Assembly: GCA_002269645.1 (NCBI GenBank)
Contig: NIVC01000658.1
Coordinates: forward strand, 124,001 to 188,000
Direction: 5' to 3'
Source: Macrostomum lignano
Lineage: Eukaryota
Length of the DNA stretch: 64,000 bases
Below the pieces are notes generated by a model. It saw only the letters and a program-made list of their open reading frames with translations, did not search any database and was not told the DNA's origin. A program made the translations under genes and the position numbers. Of the stretch, positions 1-15,997 are shown one piece after another; position 1 is the stretch's first letter, and every line of letters starts with the position of its first letter.

Positions 1-2221
1 TTTACTGATGGCTACATGTTAGCTTTGCTTGTTTGCATCTTATATTTCTGGCTTTATGGTACGTTAGAGGTTAATATTAACAAAGCTGCTACTTTCTCAG
101 CTAGGAAAGGGCTGGGTACACTGGAGAGCTCGAAAATAATCATCTGAGAGCAAGATAGTTCAGAAATCATTGAAAAAATAATTTAACGAATGAAACTTGA
201 AGATTGGTGATAATCATTGTTGCTAACACAAGTATATAAGGTACATTCCTCAGTTTGCAACTATGTCTACATTGCAAACATTTTTATTAGCTACCTCAAT
301 TTTTTGGTCATGGTGGAATCTATTTACATTTGAAGTTTGATGAAGTTTCAGTTTCAGCAAGGAAAAAAAACTGCTAGATATGTTAAGCCTAATTTTTAGG
401 GATACAACAAGAGCTTCAACAAGTGCTACGTGCACAAACTGAGTAGGCCTACAGTTTGAAAATCATACATGCGCAACTGCTGGCTGACCTGGCCAATCTG
501 GCCACCGTAAATTGTGGTGGACCAGGGCAGGGGAAAGTCGCAAAAATGCCCACCCCAAAAAATATAGATGTAGGCCTAGTACCTAGTACTATAATTAGAT
601 GACTAATACATTTATTTTTTTAAAATAAATAATGTTAACTGAGACTATAGATGCCTATGTTTTATGTACTATATCTTTCGATATAGGCCTAGCAAACGTC
701 ATAACGTGAATGTAAAACTTGAATTTGACTGCGTCTAGACGCTAGGCCTAACTTTGTTGCCTGACTTACAATGATGGCCGACTTCTGGGGTCCTTGTTGT
801 GCCATAGTTGTTTGTTTCAAGACTGAATTGAATGCTTAAGCAATAGAAACTGAAAATAGCGGAAAACTAAATAAAATAAAGTGGAATATAGACGTACGTC
901 TAAATATACTAAATACGATACTAAATGGGACAATAAGGGCGCGAGCAAATTAAAAAATATATATTAAAATGAATATTGAAATTGTGCTTTTCCAAGAAAT
1001 ACTAATGTTTTAAATGAATGCCTATCTATTTGTACAGCAATTCTGAAATAAAATTAAATTGAGGGTTCTTTTTAATATCATCGCATGTAACTAAAATCAA
1101 GCTAGAAGTTAATGTTGCTATTCTTTATTTTGACACTTATCTGCGATTGATCGGATTACTATTTTTTGTAACGAGGAAATCTCTCAACGATAGATCAGAG
1201 CCAAGGACCACTGTATATAACTGTTTTATACACTGGTACTTGATCAGAGCTACAGCTGATATCTCCCTAACTGTGTTGTAAGTACCGAAGACATTGAAAC
1301 GCATTTCTGATGATCTATGAGTTGGAGCTGGTGCAGGCTGCAGCTCCCATATTTTCAGTCAGCCCATCTTATTATACAAAATATTTTGTATCCAGTCTTA
1401 AATTGTAAGAACAACTAATTGCTTCTGTTTTATGGATGCGTGCATCAAGGGTCGATGACTGCACATTCATAAAGAGTAGTCGGAGTCAGCAAATAATTAC
1501 CCACACGAGCCCACAAAAGCAAACTCTAGCTACGATCGATACATGTAGGTTTACTGTAGTTATAGCTCGTTTCCAACACACCTCCGGCCACTCAAAAAAC
1601 CGAAAAGCGAGCTAGTTGTTTGTACATGTACGTACTGCAAGTAGCTGTAAGCGCATGATTAGCAAAAATTTTGAAACATTATTCTTCATTTAAGTTTTTT
1701 CAGCTACTCTATCCCAAGGACGATATATTGAAGATTAAATTATACAATGTATATGTGCATATAAAGTTAGTCCTCGCATTCTTTTCCTATACACAAATAG
1801 TGTGCTATGTGTAAATAATTTTGGCGGTCGTAAATGTGTAAATTACATATGATAATCAAATTGAAGGATATGCAGTTGTACGTCTGTCTTTGCTGTCGGA
1901 TTGCGTGCTGGAAATTTCCCTCTGTTGGCTGTCAAGCAGAATTTGCCTCTATGTACGCAGCACACGAAAGATTTTGGGAAATTAGCTTTCTGCGGCTGCT
2001 GCTGCTACCCCTGGCCAGGGCGGGAACACTTGCGAATTCGGCAGCGACTTTTCTTTCAGCTCGATTGCTTCGTTCTGGTTGGCTGATTCGAATAAAACCC
2101 TAGGAGTTTTTTCGACTGAGAAAAACGATTTGATAGAATTTCTATAGGCAGCAGGCAGTCAGCCCCGATGCTGATATGTTCTCTACACAATTCATTCTTC
2201 TTTATTAGCTGCCTGCACCAT

Positions 2222-2677
2222 GCAGGGGCGCCAGCACCAGGGGTCGCCAGCACCAAGGGTCGCCAGCACCAGGGGCGCCAGCACCAGGGGCGCCAGCACC
2301 AGGGGCGCCAGCACCAGGGGCGCCAGCACCAGGGGCGCCAGCACCAGGGGCGCCAGCACCAGGGGCGCCAGCACCAGGGGCGCCAGCACCAGGGGCGCCA
2401 GCACCAGGGGCGCCAGCACCAGGGGCGCCAGCACCAGGGGCGCCAGCACCAGGGGCGCCAGCACCAGGGGCGCCAGCACCAGGGGCGCCAGCACCAGGGG
2501 CGCCAGCACCAGGGGCGCCAGCACCAGGGGCGCCAGCACCAGGGGCGCCAGCACCAGGGGCGCCAGCACCAGGGGCGCCAGCACCAGGGGCGCCAGCACC
2601 AGGGGCGCCAGCACCAGGGGCGCCAGCACCAGGGGCGCCAGCACCAGGGGCGCCAGCACCAGGGGCGCCAGCACCAG
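2222..2677. repeat. 15-bp GC-rich minisatellite (GCACCAGGGGCGCCA)n, about 30 near-identical copies
   Basis: Direct reading. It explains the GRQHQ/GASTR/GAPGA/LVLAP ORFs. Confidence 0.97.
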
Positions 2678-3463
2678 AGTGCCCCATAGCTTTACGAGTA
2701 AACCGCAGCTCAAGAAAAAATACATTAATTTGTTCGTTAAAACAGTGCATCAACTAATTAGTACTTTGTTAACCGCAGTACCGCACCCAGCTTGCAGCCA
2801 TGACAGCTGGAATAATCAGGCCACTTTATTACTGAAAATATGCAAGCGATGGAAGGGACGGGCAGGTTGGCACGCAGGCAGGCAGTGACGCGCCGGGGCG
2901 CCAACAGACGGACAGAAGATAATTAAGCTGAGCAGCTCCAAGTGGGTATAAGAGTGACAACGCGCTTATTCAGAGCCCAGGTTATTTTGCATAGCTAGTG
3001 GCAAAGAATTGAATACCAACTATTACGTAGAGACAAGCAGCATTGAAGCTGCTGGGCAAATTCTAACGGTCAGGTTACAGAAACTCGTGAGCACTGTAGT
3101 TATTTGTGCTGAGAATGCAGAGCAGAAGCGGCGGAGGGCTCGAGCTGCATTCATTTGAGCGAATGAGAAGAGCAAAACGAAAAAGAATTGATACTTTTTG
3201 CGTCCGAAGTGGGCGAATGCGAGTGCATACGAGTGTCGAGAGGGAGAGGCCAGCTGCGCCTGATGAAACCCTGTGAGCTGTGCAAATATAGCTGCTGTGC
3301 TAATATGTGTAGCCACTCAACTCGTGCCAGATTCAAAGATTGGGATTTCATTTTGTTTACATAATACAGGCAGGGTAAATCACGTGGTCCTTGACCAAAT
3401 GTAAAGCTAGGTCTCCTTCGATAAGTTGAAAATTGGGTTACATTAGCTATAGTATTTTTTCAG

Positions 3464-4220
3464 CACAGAAAGACACTTTACAGAAAGACGCTTCACAGAA
3501 AGACACATCATAGAAAGACACAGTACAGAAAGACACATCACAGATAGACACATCACAGAAAAACACAGCACAGAAAGATACATCACAGAAAGATACATCA
3601 CAGAAAGATACATCACAGATAGACACATCACAGATAGACACATCACAGATAGACACATCACAGATAGACACATCACAGAAAGACACATCAGGGAAAGACA
3701 CATTACAGAACGACACACCACAGAAAGACACATCACAGAAAGACACATCACAGAAAGACACATCACAGAAAGACACATCACAGATAGACACATCACAGAA
3801 AGATACATCACAGAAAGACACATCAGGGAAAGACACATTACAGAACGACACACCACAGAAAAACACAGCACAGAAAGATACATCACAGAAAGATACATCA
3901 CAGAAAGATACATCACAGATAGACACATCACAGATAGACACATCACAGATAGATACATCACAGAAAGATACATCACAGAAAGACACATCAGGGAAAGACA
4001 CATTACAGAACGACACACCACAGAAAGACACATCACAGAAAGACACATCACAGATAGACACATCACAGAAAGACACATCAGGGAAAGACACATTACAGAA
4101 CGACACACCACAGAAAGACACATCACAGAAAGACACATCACAGAAAGACACATCACAGAAAGACACATCACAGATAGACACAGCACAGAAAGACACATCA
4201 CAGATAGACACATCATAGAA
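3464..4220. repeat. 15-bp minisatellite (CAGAAAGACACATCA)n with higher-order variant blocks
   Basis: Direct reading. It explains the MCLSV/CDVSF ORFs. Confidence 0.95.
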
Positions 4221-5029
4221 AAGTTTGTTTAGCGGCTTTTCTAAGCTTTGCAAATCTAGGGCAAGCCTCCAACCCTTTCTACACAAGATTCACTGCTGCT
4301 TTCGCAAACTTGATTTGTACTTTGCAGCTGGAGAGATGGGCGTTCTTCCTTCCTCATTAGACATGGTTATCCGTGCAGTGCAGGGCAAGGCAAATCATAA
4401 AGTGCAGCCCCAGCCGTTGATCTTCGTTCGTCATCGAGCGCCAAAATTTTCCCACTCCAGCCGCAATGCTGCTTGGAAGTCGAGTTGCACAACACACCCT
4501 CGTTGGAGAGGAGAGGCGAGGGAGGAGGCGGTCAAACTAATGAAGCGCTGATGCGGGACAGACAGCTGAAAAAGCACGCGGAGAAAAAATCCAGCAAGAA
4601 GGGGGAGTGGCAGCGCAAAAGTAGGAGTTTTTCAACAGAAAAATTCTGTCTAACAAGAAAGGAAACGTCAGTACGAGGCGCCATCAGGCCTGTTCCTGTT
4701 CTGGCCTTGTGGCAGGAAGGAGGCCAGCTGTAGTGTTGGCAAAAAGACCGAAACCCGAGAACAAGAAGAAAGACTTTGTGTACCCTCTGTCTTTTTCTGG
4801 GCCGGTTTTTTGCGTTGCCTTATGGAATGAATACCTCTTAGCTAATTTGAGACATTGCGAGCCAGTTGAGGGCAGTAGAATGACGCCATTGCTGTGTCCA
4901 TTTTCTACCAACGGAGATGCGGTTTATAAAAAGCATTAAATAGCAGCTTCTTATTATGATTGAAAGCTGCCTTTTATTTTTGTACACTCTGGCTTATGTG
5001 CACTCAGATGGATACTAAAACTATTGGAT

Positions 5030-5610
5030 TAGTTGGGCGTGGCTAATGTACAGTCAGATAGTGACGAAAGTCATTGAATTGCTCGGGTGTGGCTAATGTA
5101 CACTCAGATAAGGGACGAAAACTATTGAATTGCTCGGGTGTGGCTAATGTACACTCAGATAAGGGACGAAAACTATTGAATTGCTCGGGTGTGGCTAATG
5201 TACACTCAGATAAGGGACGAAAACTATTGAATTGCTCGGGTGTGGCTAATGTACACTCAGATAAGGGACGAAAACTATTGAATTGCTCGGGTGTGGCTAA
5301 TGTACACTCAGATAAGGGACGAAAACTATTGAATTGCTCGGGTGTGGCTAATGTACACTCAGATAAGGGACGAAAACTATTGAATTGCTCGGGTGTGGCT
5401 AATGTACACTCAGATGGGGATGAAAACTATTGAATTGCTCGGGCGTGGCTAATGTACACTAATATGGGGACGAAAACTATTGGATTGCTAGGGCGTGGCT
5501 AATGTACACTCAGATAAGGGACGAAAACTATTGGATTGCTAGGGCGTGGCTAATGTACACTCAGATAAGGAACAAAACTATTGAATTGCTCGGGTGTGGC
5601 TAATGTAAAC
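5030..5610. repeat. 51-bp minisatellite (TGAATTGCTCGGGTGTGGCTAATGTACACTCAGATAAGGGACGAAAACTAT)n
   Basis: Identical core copies at about 5075-5430 with diverged flanking copies. Confidence 0.95.
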
Positions 5611-5965
5611 TTTACTTTTTCATTAATTTTGTTATTAAAAAAATAAATCAACAACCATTGATTTAACTAAATAGCCATAACCATGCACGAGCTGAGTAGT
5701 ATTTATTACTTGCAAGCAGAATCAGTTCTATCGCATCGACTAAATTTGCTATTTGCGCTAAGTGGTGCCAATTTTTCCCTCAGGCCTGAGCTCACAAGGG
5801 ATCCGGAAGTGGGAGAGAGAAAACGCGAGGAAAACACAAGCAAGAAAGCAACTTTCAGGCAATAACTGGCAAGCACGAAAACACTTTGTTGTGTGTGTTA
5901 GAAGCCAGACAGCTTGCAATTAGCGATGTGAACAGGAAAATAATAAGATTGACAGATTGCGAACG

Positions 5966-8620
5966 TCACCACTGCAGGCCAAACTTCTTGGTCTGGTTCC
6001 TCACCACCTGGCTAAACTGCGGATCAGTCTCCAGCACTGGCAGGTAGCACAGGTAGGAACTGGCCGCGCTGTTGCAGAAGTTGCACACCAGCAGCTGGGC
6101 CGGCTGGGCTCCCGCTGCCGAGCTGCAGAACCAGCACCTGGGCTGCTCGTCCGGCGGCGCCAGGTGCTGGCCACAGGTGAGCGCAGGCACGGCGCCACCG
6201 GCCCTGCTCATCGCCAGCGCCTGGCCGCAGTAAATGCAGCACCTGACCCGCGGCTGGCGCTCAGCATTGGCGCCAGGCTGTTCGGCGCATTCGAGGCAGG
6301 CGACCAGGCCGCGCGGCGCGGAGCCGGAAGCCGACGCCACCGGCTGCGACTTGTCCGCCGCAACTTTGGGCACCCGGCAGCGCCAGGAGCTGTAAACGCC
6401 GCTGGCTGTCTGGTGCGGCACCCGCGACCGATGCTGCGGCGAGCCACTGACGGGGGAGCCGCCGCCGGCCTGCAGCAGGGCGTGCAGCTCGGACCGCCGG
6501 TCGCTCCAGTACAGGTGGAACGGCAGGTCCCTGGCCAGGTAGGCGCAGCCGAAGCCGAGCCGCTCGGCCAGCAGGATGAAGTCGACGGCCAGGCTGTGCC
6601 AGCGCTTGGCCCGCTCCGGACTGTCCACCAGCTGCAGCGCCTGGGCGGCGGCCGAGCGCGCCAGCTCGTGCCGATAGGCGAGCGCCGAGGATTCGCGCCG
6701 AATATGACGCAGGAACGGCCGCGCCAGGCGGAGCAGCCGCCGGTAGTCGGTCAGCGGCAGCGGCTGGAGCGACAGCGTAGGAGGCGACACCTCCGACGCT
6801 TCGGTCGGCGAAGCGGCTCGATATTCGACGACGAAGCGCAGCAACAAGCGGACGTGCCGCTCCCAGAGTCCGACTCGGGCCACGCAGGCGAGAGCGAGCA
6901 AAGCGGCCAGGGACCCGTCCGCGTCCTCCTCGGCCAGTAGGCGGGTGGCCACAGAGAGAAGCAGGTCGCGCGCCCCGCCGGGAAGGCCGGCAGCAGCGGC
7001 CGGGCCGGAGCGGCGCACCTCGCCGCAGGCTTCGACCAGCCAGAGCGGGTTGGCGGCCGCTGCCGGTGCCGCCGCGCCGCTGCCTGCCCTGACGCCGAGC
7101 AGGGCGTCGGCCAGTTCGCTGCTCCAGTCCTCGCCGAGCCGGCCTCGGCAGACCAGCGCCTGAGCGGCGGGTTCCAGCGGCTGCAGCTCGTAAAGGCAGA
7201 CGCTGCGCTCGCTGAAGCAGCGGTCAAGATCGCGCCGACGGCAGGAGACCACACAGCGGATGTTCTGCGGCCAGGCGACTGGCAGGAGCTCGCCGACGTG
7301 GGACACTTCGTAGAAGCACTCGAACGCGTCGATGAGGATGAGCATGGTCCGCTTGGCGCTCATGATGGAGTTGAACAGCTCCGAGACGCTGCGGGTCGCC
7401 TGCTCGTCGCCAAGACGGGCAGCCTCCGCCTCGGTCAGCTGGCCGCGCAGGAAGGCCTTCATCTTGCGCTGCAGAGTTCGCCGATCGTTCGAGGCCGGCG
7501 ACAGTTGGGCAAAATGCGCCAGCACGTCGAATCCGCGCCGGTCGAGGAAGGCGGCGCCGAGCCTGGCCAACATGGTTGACTTGCCGGCGCCGGGGTCGCC
7601 GGACACCACCACGGACTTGACGCCGGGCAGGCCGAAGGCGATGTGGTCGGCCGAGTCGCCAAAAAGGTGAAAGTCAGCCATGGACAACTCGCCAGTCTCC
7701 ACGAAGTTGGTGAGCAGGCTGAGGCAGCGCTCCTGGCCTGCTATGGTGGCGGGAGTGTGGCTGTCGGTCTCCAGTAGCGACTGCAGGTAGCCGATGTGCG
7801 CCTCGTTCGAGTCGCTGATCTCGGTGGTCAGCGTGACGTCGAAGGGCGCCGTCGCCGATGGAAACTGCTCGGAGACGACTCGCTTGAGCTGCTCCAGGAC
7901 GCAGGCTTCGAAGCTGTCGAGGCTGTCGGCAGCCGAGCGCGAGTACTGCAGCACTCGACTGGCAGGCAGGCGACTGGCGATCTCCAGTCGATACCGAGCA
8001 GCCTGGGCCGTCGCTGCTCCGCCGTCGTCATTGCTGTCGTCGTCCATCAGCAGCAGGAAAAGCGCGGCAGCGCAGCGCCTCGACGACGGATCCAGAGCGC
8101 CACAGCTCAGCGCCTCGGCCAGATCCGTTGAGCAGCCGGCGGGCAAGCCGGTGGCCGCCAGCTCCGTCTCGCTGACTTCGGGGCCCAGGCGGTGGCCGAC
8201 CAGGCCGAGGAAGACGCAACAGCCGCCCGCCTGGCCGAGCAGGTCCAGGTGCGCCCGGTCCGAGTCGCCCGGCGCCAGGCCGCAGCGCGGGTCGCACTCG
8301 TCCAGCGCCAGGCGCCGCGCCTCGCACCAGTCGCGCAGGTCGGGGAAGACGTGCCGAGAGAGGCGGTCGCGCTCGTCAGCGAAGTCGGCCAGCGCCGAGG
8401 AGACGAACACGCTGACGGTCGGCCAGGCGCGCCGCCTGCGCGGAGTCGGCGATGCAGGCGCCGGCGCTGGCGCCGACAAATCCGACGACGACGACGACAA
8501 GATCGTCGAGTCGATTCGTTTCCAGACCCCGTTGACCACGGCAGCAGCTTCGGCTGGTTGAGCCAGCCAAGTGGCCTGGCAACGAGCCAGCAGGTCTGCG
8601 CTACCGTTGCAATTGTGCAT
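5966..8620 (-). CDS. Intronless 884-aa DUF4062 + NACHT/AAA-like P-loop NTPase (TEP1/NWD/TTC41-type N-terminal module) with a C-terminal Cys/His zinc-binding domain resembling the PHF5 knot
   Basis: Long GC-rich ORF. DUF4062-like VSVFVSSALADFADERDRLSRHVFPDLRDWCE...D.R.G; Walker A VVVSGDPGAGKST (about 7574-7610); Walker B LILIDAFE; STAND-like NPLWL motif; C-terminal C...CxxC...CxxC...CxxH...CxxC...CxxC...C. Confidence 0.85.
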   Translation of the reverse strand: MHNCNGSADLLARCQATWLAQPAEAAAVVNGVWKRIDSTILSSSSSDLSAPAPAPASPTPRRRRAWPTVSVFVSSALADFADERDRLSRHVFPDLRDWCEARRLALDECDPRCGLAPGDSDRAHLDLLGQAGGCCVFLGLVGHRLGPEVSETELAATGLPAGCSTDLAEALSCGALDPSSRRCAAALFLLLMDDDSNDDGGAATAQAARYRLEIASRLPASRVLQYSRSAADSLDSFEACVLEQLKRVVSEQFPSATAPFDVTLTTEISDSNEAHIGYLQSLLETDSHTPATIAGQERCLSLLTNFVETGELSMADFHLFGDSADHIAFGLPGVKSVVVSGDPGAGKSTMLARLGAAFLDRRGFDVLAHFAQLSPASNDRRTLQRKMKAFLRGQLTEAEAARLGDEQATRSVSELFNSIMSAKRTMLILIDAFECFYEVSHVGELLPVAWPQNIRCVVSCRRRDLDRCFSERSVCLYELQPLEPAAQALVCRGRLGEDWSSELADALLGVRAGSGAAAPAAAANPLWLVEACGEVRRSGPAAAAGLPGGARDLLLSVATRLLAEEDADGSLAALLALACVARVGLWERHVRLLLRFVVEYRAASPTEASEVSPPTLSLQPLPLTDYRRLLRLARPFLRHIRRESSALAYRHELARSAAAQALQLVDSPERAKRWHSLAVDFILLAERLGFGCAYLARDLPFHLYWSDRRSELHALLQAGGGSPVSGSPQHRSRVPHQTASGVYSSWRCRVPKVAADKSQPVASASGSAPRGLVACLECAEQPGANAERQPRVRCCIYCGQALAMSRAGGAVPALTCGQHLAPPDEQPRCWFCSSAAGAQPAQLLVCNFCNSAASSYLCYLPVLETDPQFSQVVRNQTKKFGLQW

Positions 8621-9559
8621 GGCAACTGACCGCTGGTGCAGGGTTCTAGCTTAAAGTGTTACTTTAGTCTGTGCCCACGCAGCTGAGTTGCCAAGGCTTT
8701 GAGCATGAGGCTGTGACATCGATTTATGGAGATGAGGGGAAGCGGGTCTGCTTGCATTGCTCCACCGACGCTACCAAAAAAGCATGAGCCTTGCTGTTAC
8801 TGGCTCAGAGAAGCCAGTGCACTGTTCCATTGGTTGGCTGCCCCCCCCTCCCCCAAATCTTGAGAGAGGTCTGCCCTCTTTTGCCGCTACTAGCCAAGCC
8901 TAGGGACGTCTGTCTCGCACTCCCAGTCTCTGCTGGAGCGTAGGGGGCTGCGCGGTGCTTTGTACCCTCTAGCTCCAAGCCGTTCACCCGCGCACTCTAC
9001 AATAATTCTTCTCTGCGGTGTCAGTGGCTTTTTTGAGGGCCGGTTGGGAAGGGCGGCGCAGGGGTAAGAAGTGGGGGGCGAGGGGGCGAGGTCGATTGAG
9101 GACAGGCGGGCGGCTAGGAGATCTGGGAGATTGGCGCGTACGGTGGAGGAGCGGCCGACAAAATTCCCATTTCTTTCTTCTTCCTCTTTCCCTTTCCACT
9201 CCGTCACTACCTGGAGCACTGAAGATTGCTGCCGGAGAAGATTTTCTTCGGAGAAGCTAAAAAATTGGATGGAGAGGGGAGAGAAAGCGCTGGGAGATCT
9301 TCAGCGCTGGAAAAAAAGCCGAAATAACCAAAATACGCGACCGACTTTTCATTCCTGTGTGACAGGCATGCGTTACGTGCCTCAGGGAGGGCTAGTGCTA
9401 TTGTTAATAAAACTGTGGGGGCTTTTACGACTCTCAGTGCCCAACTAGCCTGTAATATAGAGGTGGTAGTATCTCGGTGATAGAAATGGGAAATTTTATG
9501 CTTTCGGATACGGAGCAACTGCTCATGCAGATTTGGCTAGTATTGACTGCCGGTTTATG

Positions 9560-9840
9560 ACCCATCTAGCCCACAAGGATGCAGGAGTAGAATGGATTGC
9601 TAATCTAGCCCACAAGGAAGCAGGAGTAGAATGGATTGCTAATCTAGCCCACAAGGAAGCAGGAGTAGAATGGATTGCTAATCTAGCCCACAAGGATGCA
9701 GGAGTAGAATGGATTGCTAATCTAGCCCACAAGGATGCAGGAGTAGAATGGATTGCTAATCTAGCCCACAAGGATGCAGGAGTAGAATGGATTGCTAATC
9801 TAGCCCACAAGGATGCAGGAATAGAATGGATTGCTAATCC
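9560..9840. repeat. 39-bp minisatellite (CTAGCCCACAAGGATGCAGGAGTAGAATGGATTGCTAAT)n
   Basis: About 7 copies. The same unit recurs at about 27705-27915. Confidence 0.93.
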
Positions 9841-10280
9841 AAGCGCACTGCAAAGTGCTCAGCTGCTTATGAGCGAAGAGCAGACAAAAGAAAATAAATA
9901 TCTTCTAAAAGAACAAATACGCCTACATATTCACAATGAGAGCCTCTCAAATCCAGTTAATCCTCCCGTCCAGCTGATCCTGCACTCGGGGGGACTGCTA
10001 ATCCCAGGACAGCTGGAGATCAGCCCGGCCTGCAGATTGGCGGCCTGCTCAGTCAGGCAGGCGGTGCTCAAATTTCTCGCCCTTCTTGCCGGCGGGTCAT
10101 AAATTAAGCAGGCAAATGCTGGCCTCGGTGCCGCCGCCTGTGCAAGCATTCGATGAGGCCTCTGGATTTCATATGGCTGAGTGTGCACAGCGCGTATCTG
10201 AGCACCCAATAAAATACTCTCGGCTCAGCTCAAAGCGCCTGCCGCAGCTGGCAATTCATCATTGTCGGCCTCTTCAGCTG

Positions 10281-13143
<2,863 letters not shown>

Positions 13144-13148
13144 ATAAT

Positions 13149-13327
<179 letters not shown>

Positions 13328-13634
13328 TGGATTCTGGTCATTCTACTATAAGTAGTGCAATATGCGCATCCATCGACACTTGGCGATTCACTGCGCACAC
13401 TACAAGTAGAGAAGCACTCACAATGAATTTCAACTAAGCCTGAGCCTCTCAGCCTGTCTAGATAATTGCGGCATCAGCTCCACCGCCTATACAGCTGGTT
13501 AATGCTAAGCCGATATCCGGATGTGTAGACGCGGTTTCGCCACAAAATTATCTCTTCACAGGCCATCATCAATTACCGGAATCAGTAGTTGGTAACCAAC
13601 CAGTATTTGACCTTGAGTTGGGTGGGGCGGTGTA

Positions 13635-14795
13635 GCAATCGTGTACAGGATCTAGCTCTAGTACAGTAGCAATCGTGTACAGAACCCAGCCTGTACAAAC
13701 ATCGTGTACAGAACCCAGCCAGTACAGACATCGTGTACAGAACCTAGCCAGTAAAGACATCGTGTACAGAACCCACCCAGTACAGACATCGTGTACAGAA
13801 TCCACCCAGTACAGACATCGTGTAAAAACCTAGCCAGTACAGATATCGTGTACAAAACATAGCCAGTACAGATATCGTGTACAAACCTAGCCAGTACAGA
13901 TATCGTGTACAAAACATAGCCAGTACAGATATCGTGTACAAAACATAGCCAGTACAGATATCGTGTACAGAATCCACCCAGTACAGACATCGTGTAAAAA
14001 CCTAGCCAGTACAGATATCGTGTACAAAACATAGCCAGTACAGATATCGTGTACAAAACCTAGCCAGTACAGACATCGTGTAAAAACCTAGCCAGTACAG
14101 ATATCGTGTACAAACCTAGCCAGTACAGATATCGTGTACAAAACATAGCCAGTACAGATATCGTGTACAGAACCTAGCCAGTAAAGACATCGTGTACAGA
14201 ACCCACCCAGTACAGACATCGTGTACAGAATCCACCCAGTACAGACATCGTGTAAAAACCCAGCCAGTACAGATATCGTGTACAAAACATAGCCAGTACA
14301 GATATCGTGTACAAAACCTAGCCAGTACAGACATCGTGTAAAAACCTAGCCAGTACAGATATCGTGTACAAAACATAGCCAGTACAGATATCGTGTACAA
14401 AACATAGCCAGTACAGATATCGTGTACAAAACCTAGCCAGTACAGATATCGTGTACAAAACCTAGCCAGTACAGATATCGTGTACAAAACCAAGCCAGTA
14501 CAGACATCGTGTACAAAACCTAGCCAGTACAGACATCGTGTACAGAACCCAGCTAGCAAGTACAGACATTGTGTACAGAACCCACCCAGTACAGACCTTG
14601 TGTACAGCACCCACCCAGTACAGACATCGTGTACAAAACCCAGCCAGTACAGACATCGTGTACAGAACCCAGCTAGCAAGTACAGACATTGTGTACAGAA
14701 CCCACCCAGTACAGACATTGTGTACAGCACCCACCCAGTACAGACATCGTGTACAAAACCCAGCCAGTACAGACATCGTGTACAGAACCCAGCCA
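13635..14795. repeat. About 29-bp minisatellite (AGCCAGTACAGATATCGTGTACAAAACAT)n with variants
   Basis: Direct reading. It explains the YTISVL/CTRCLYW ORFs. Confidence 0.93.
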
Positions 14796-15997
14796 GTTCG
14801 GTCGCAGACTTCAGCTCCGAGCACAGCTGGCCCAATTGAATTCGCAGTCACGGAGATCGCATTAACTCCCAATCCAGCCAATATCAATCGGCAGGATAAT
14901 GCAATCTGGAAAGCAATGCTATAAACGGAATTTCCGCGAAAACAATTCTGCTGCCAGTTCAGAATTGATATCCGGTCTGGGAAGTGGAGAATAAAAGCCT
15001 TCACTCCGGATGAAAGGGGGGTGCTACTGAGCACAGGGACGGGAAGTCAGATTCTCTCCATGCAGCAGCTCAGACTAGTTCCAGAGGACGAGGAGGAAAT
15101 ACAAATAATTCCCCCCCCTCTACTCTTCCTTTCTCTCTCCCTCCCGCGCGCTCTGCGTCTCGGTCACTCGCTTCGCACACGCAGACTCCAAAGTCCTGCC
15201 AATGGCATATACGCTCGTAAGAGCGTATGAGCTCTGGCATGGAGTCCCAGAGCCGGAATCTGGAGTAGCAGCAGCTGCTCCTCATCCCATTCAGACAGCT
15301 GAAGGCTGAGTGCAGTTCTACAGGTTCTGCAGCACGTGTTCTACAATCTACAGTGCAAATCTGACTGAAATTCCAGAGTTCACTGGAGGGGGGATTGCTA
15401 CGATGACGAGGCTCACTGGAGGAATTGCTCAGATGCCAATAATGAAAAAGAGGATGTTGATATCTTTGGCTAGAACCATCTAACATCTACATCTAATTTC
15501 ATCTTTATGAAACTAACAGCAGTGACTGTACAATGCCTTTTACATGCAAAGGTTTTGTGATATTTCATTACTTTCTTCGTTGCCTTCCCTTAACGGGGGG
15601 CAAGATTACTAGTCCTATATACTAAAAATAACAATTTGCGGCATACAGCTGTCTGAAATTGCGGAATTGTGGGAGAAGAAGTTGCCACTCCAGACTCCAT
15701 TTCTATTCCTCCCTTGGCTCAGCTGAGCTCCTCAAACCCCATCTCTCCCCCCCCCCCACCGCCCGGTTCGCTGAGTCGCCGCCCGCCCCGCCAGCTCCGC
15801 CGCTTCCCTCTCTGTCTCAGCCTGCGCCTCTCTCTATTCCAGCTGTACAGACAAAGCCACACTGCTGCCTGTCCCAGCAGCCGGATAAAAGGCGGCAGTC
15901 AGTCAGTCTCTCCTTGACTAAAACATTCCCATCTCGATCGATCGATCGGGCCTATTCACTGGCAGTGTGGGGCAACGCTAGCAATTAACAGTGGGCT

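Noticed and set aside
3023-4939. Short ORFs and possible first exons around 3.0-4.9 kb
   Set aside because: No recognisable motif and no phase-consistent exon chain.
2168-5433. Long repetitive ORFs (GRQHQ, GAPGA, CDVSF, NCSGVANVHSDKGRKLL)
   Set aside because: The unit lengths are multiples of 3 and several frames on both strands are open; there is no signal peptide, splice context or synonymous bias.
5957-8629. Overlapping plus-strand and alternative-frame ORFs over the NTPase gene (and similar ones at 21236-21901, 35112-35645, 47878-48291)
   Set aside because: These are shadow ORFs of GC-rich coding sequence with no motifs.
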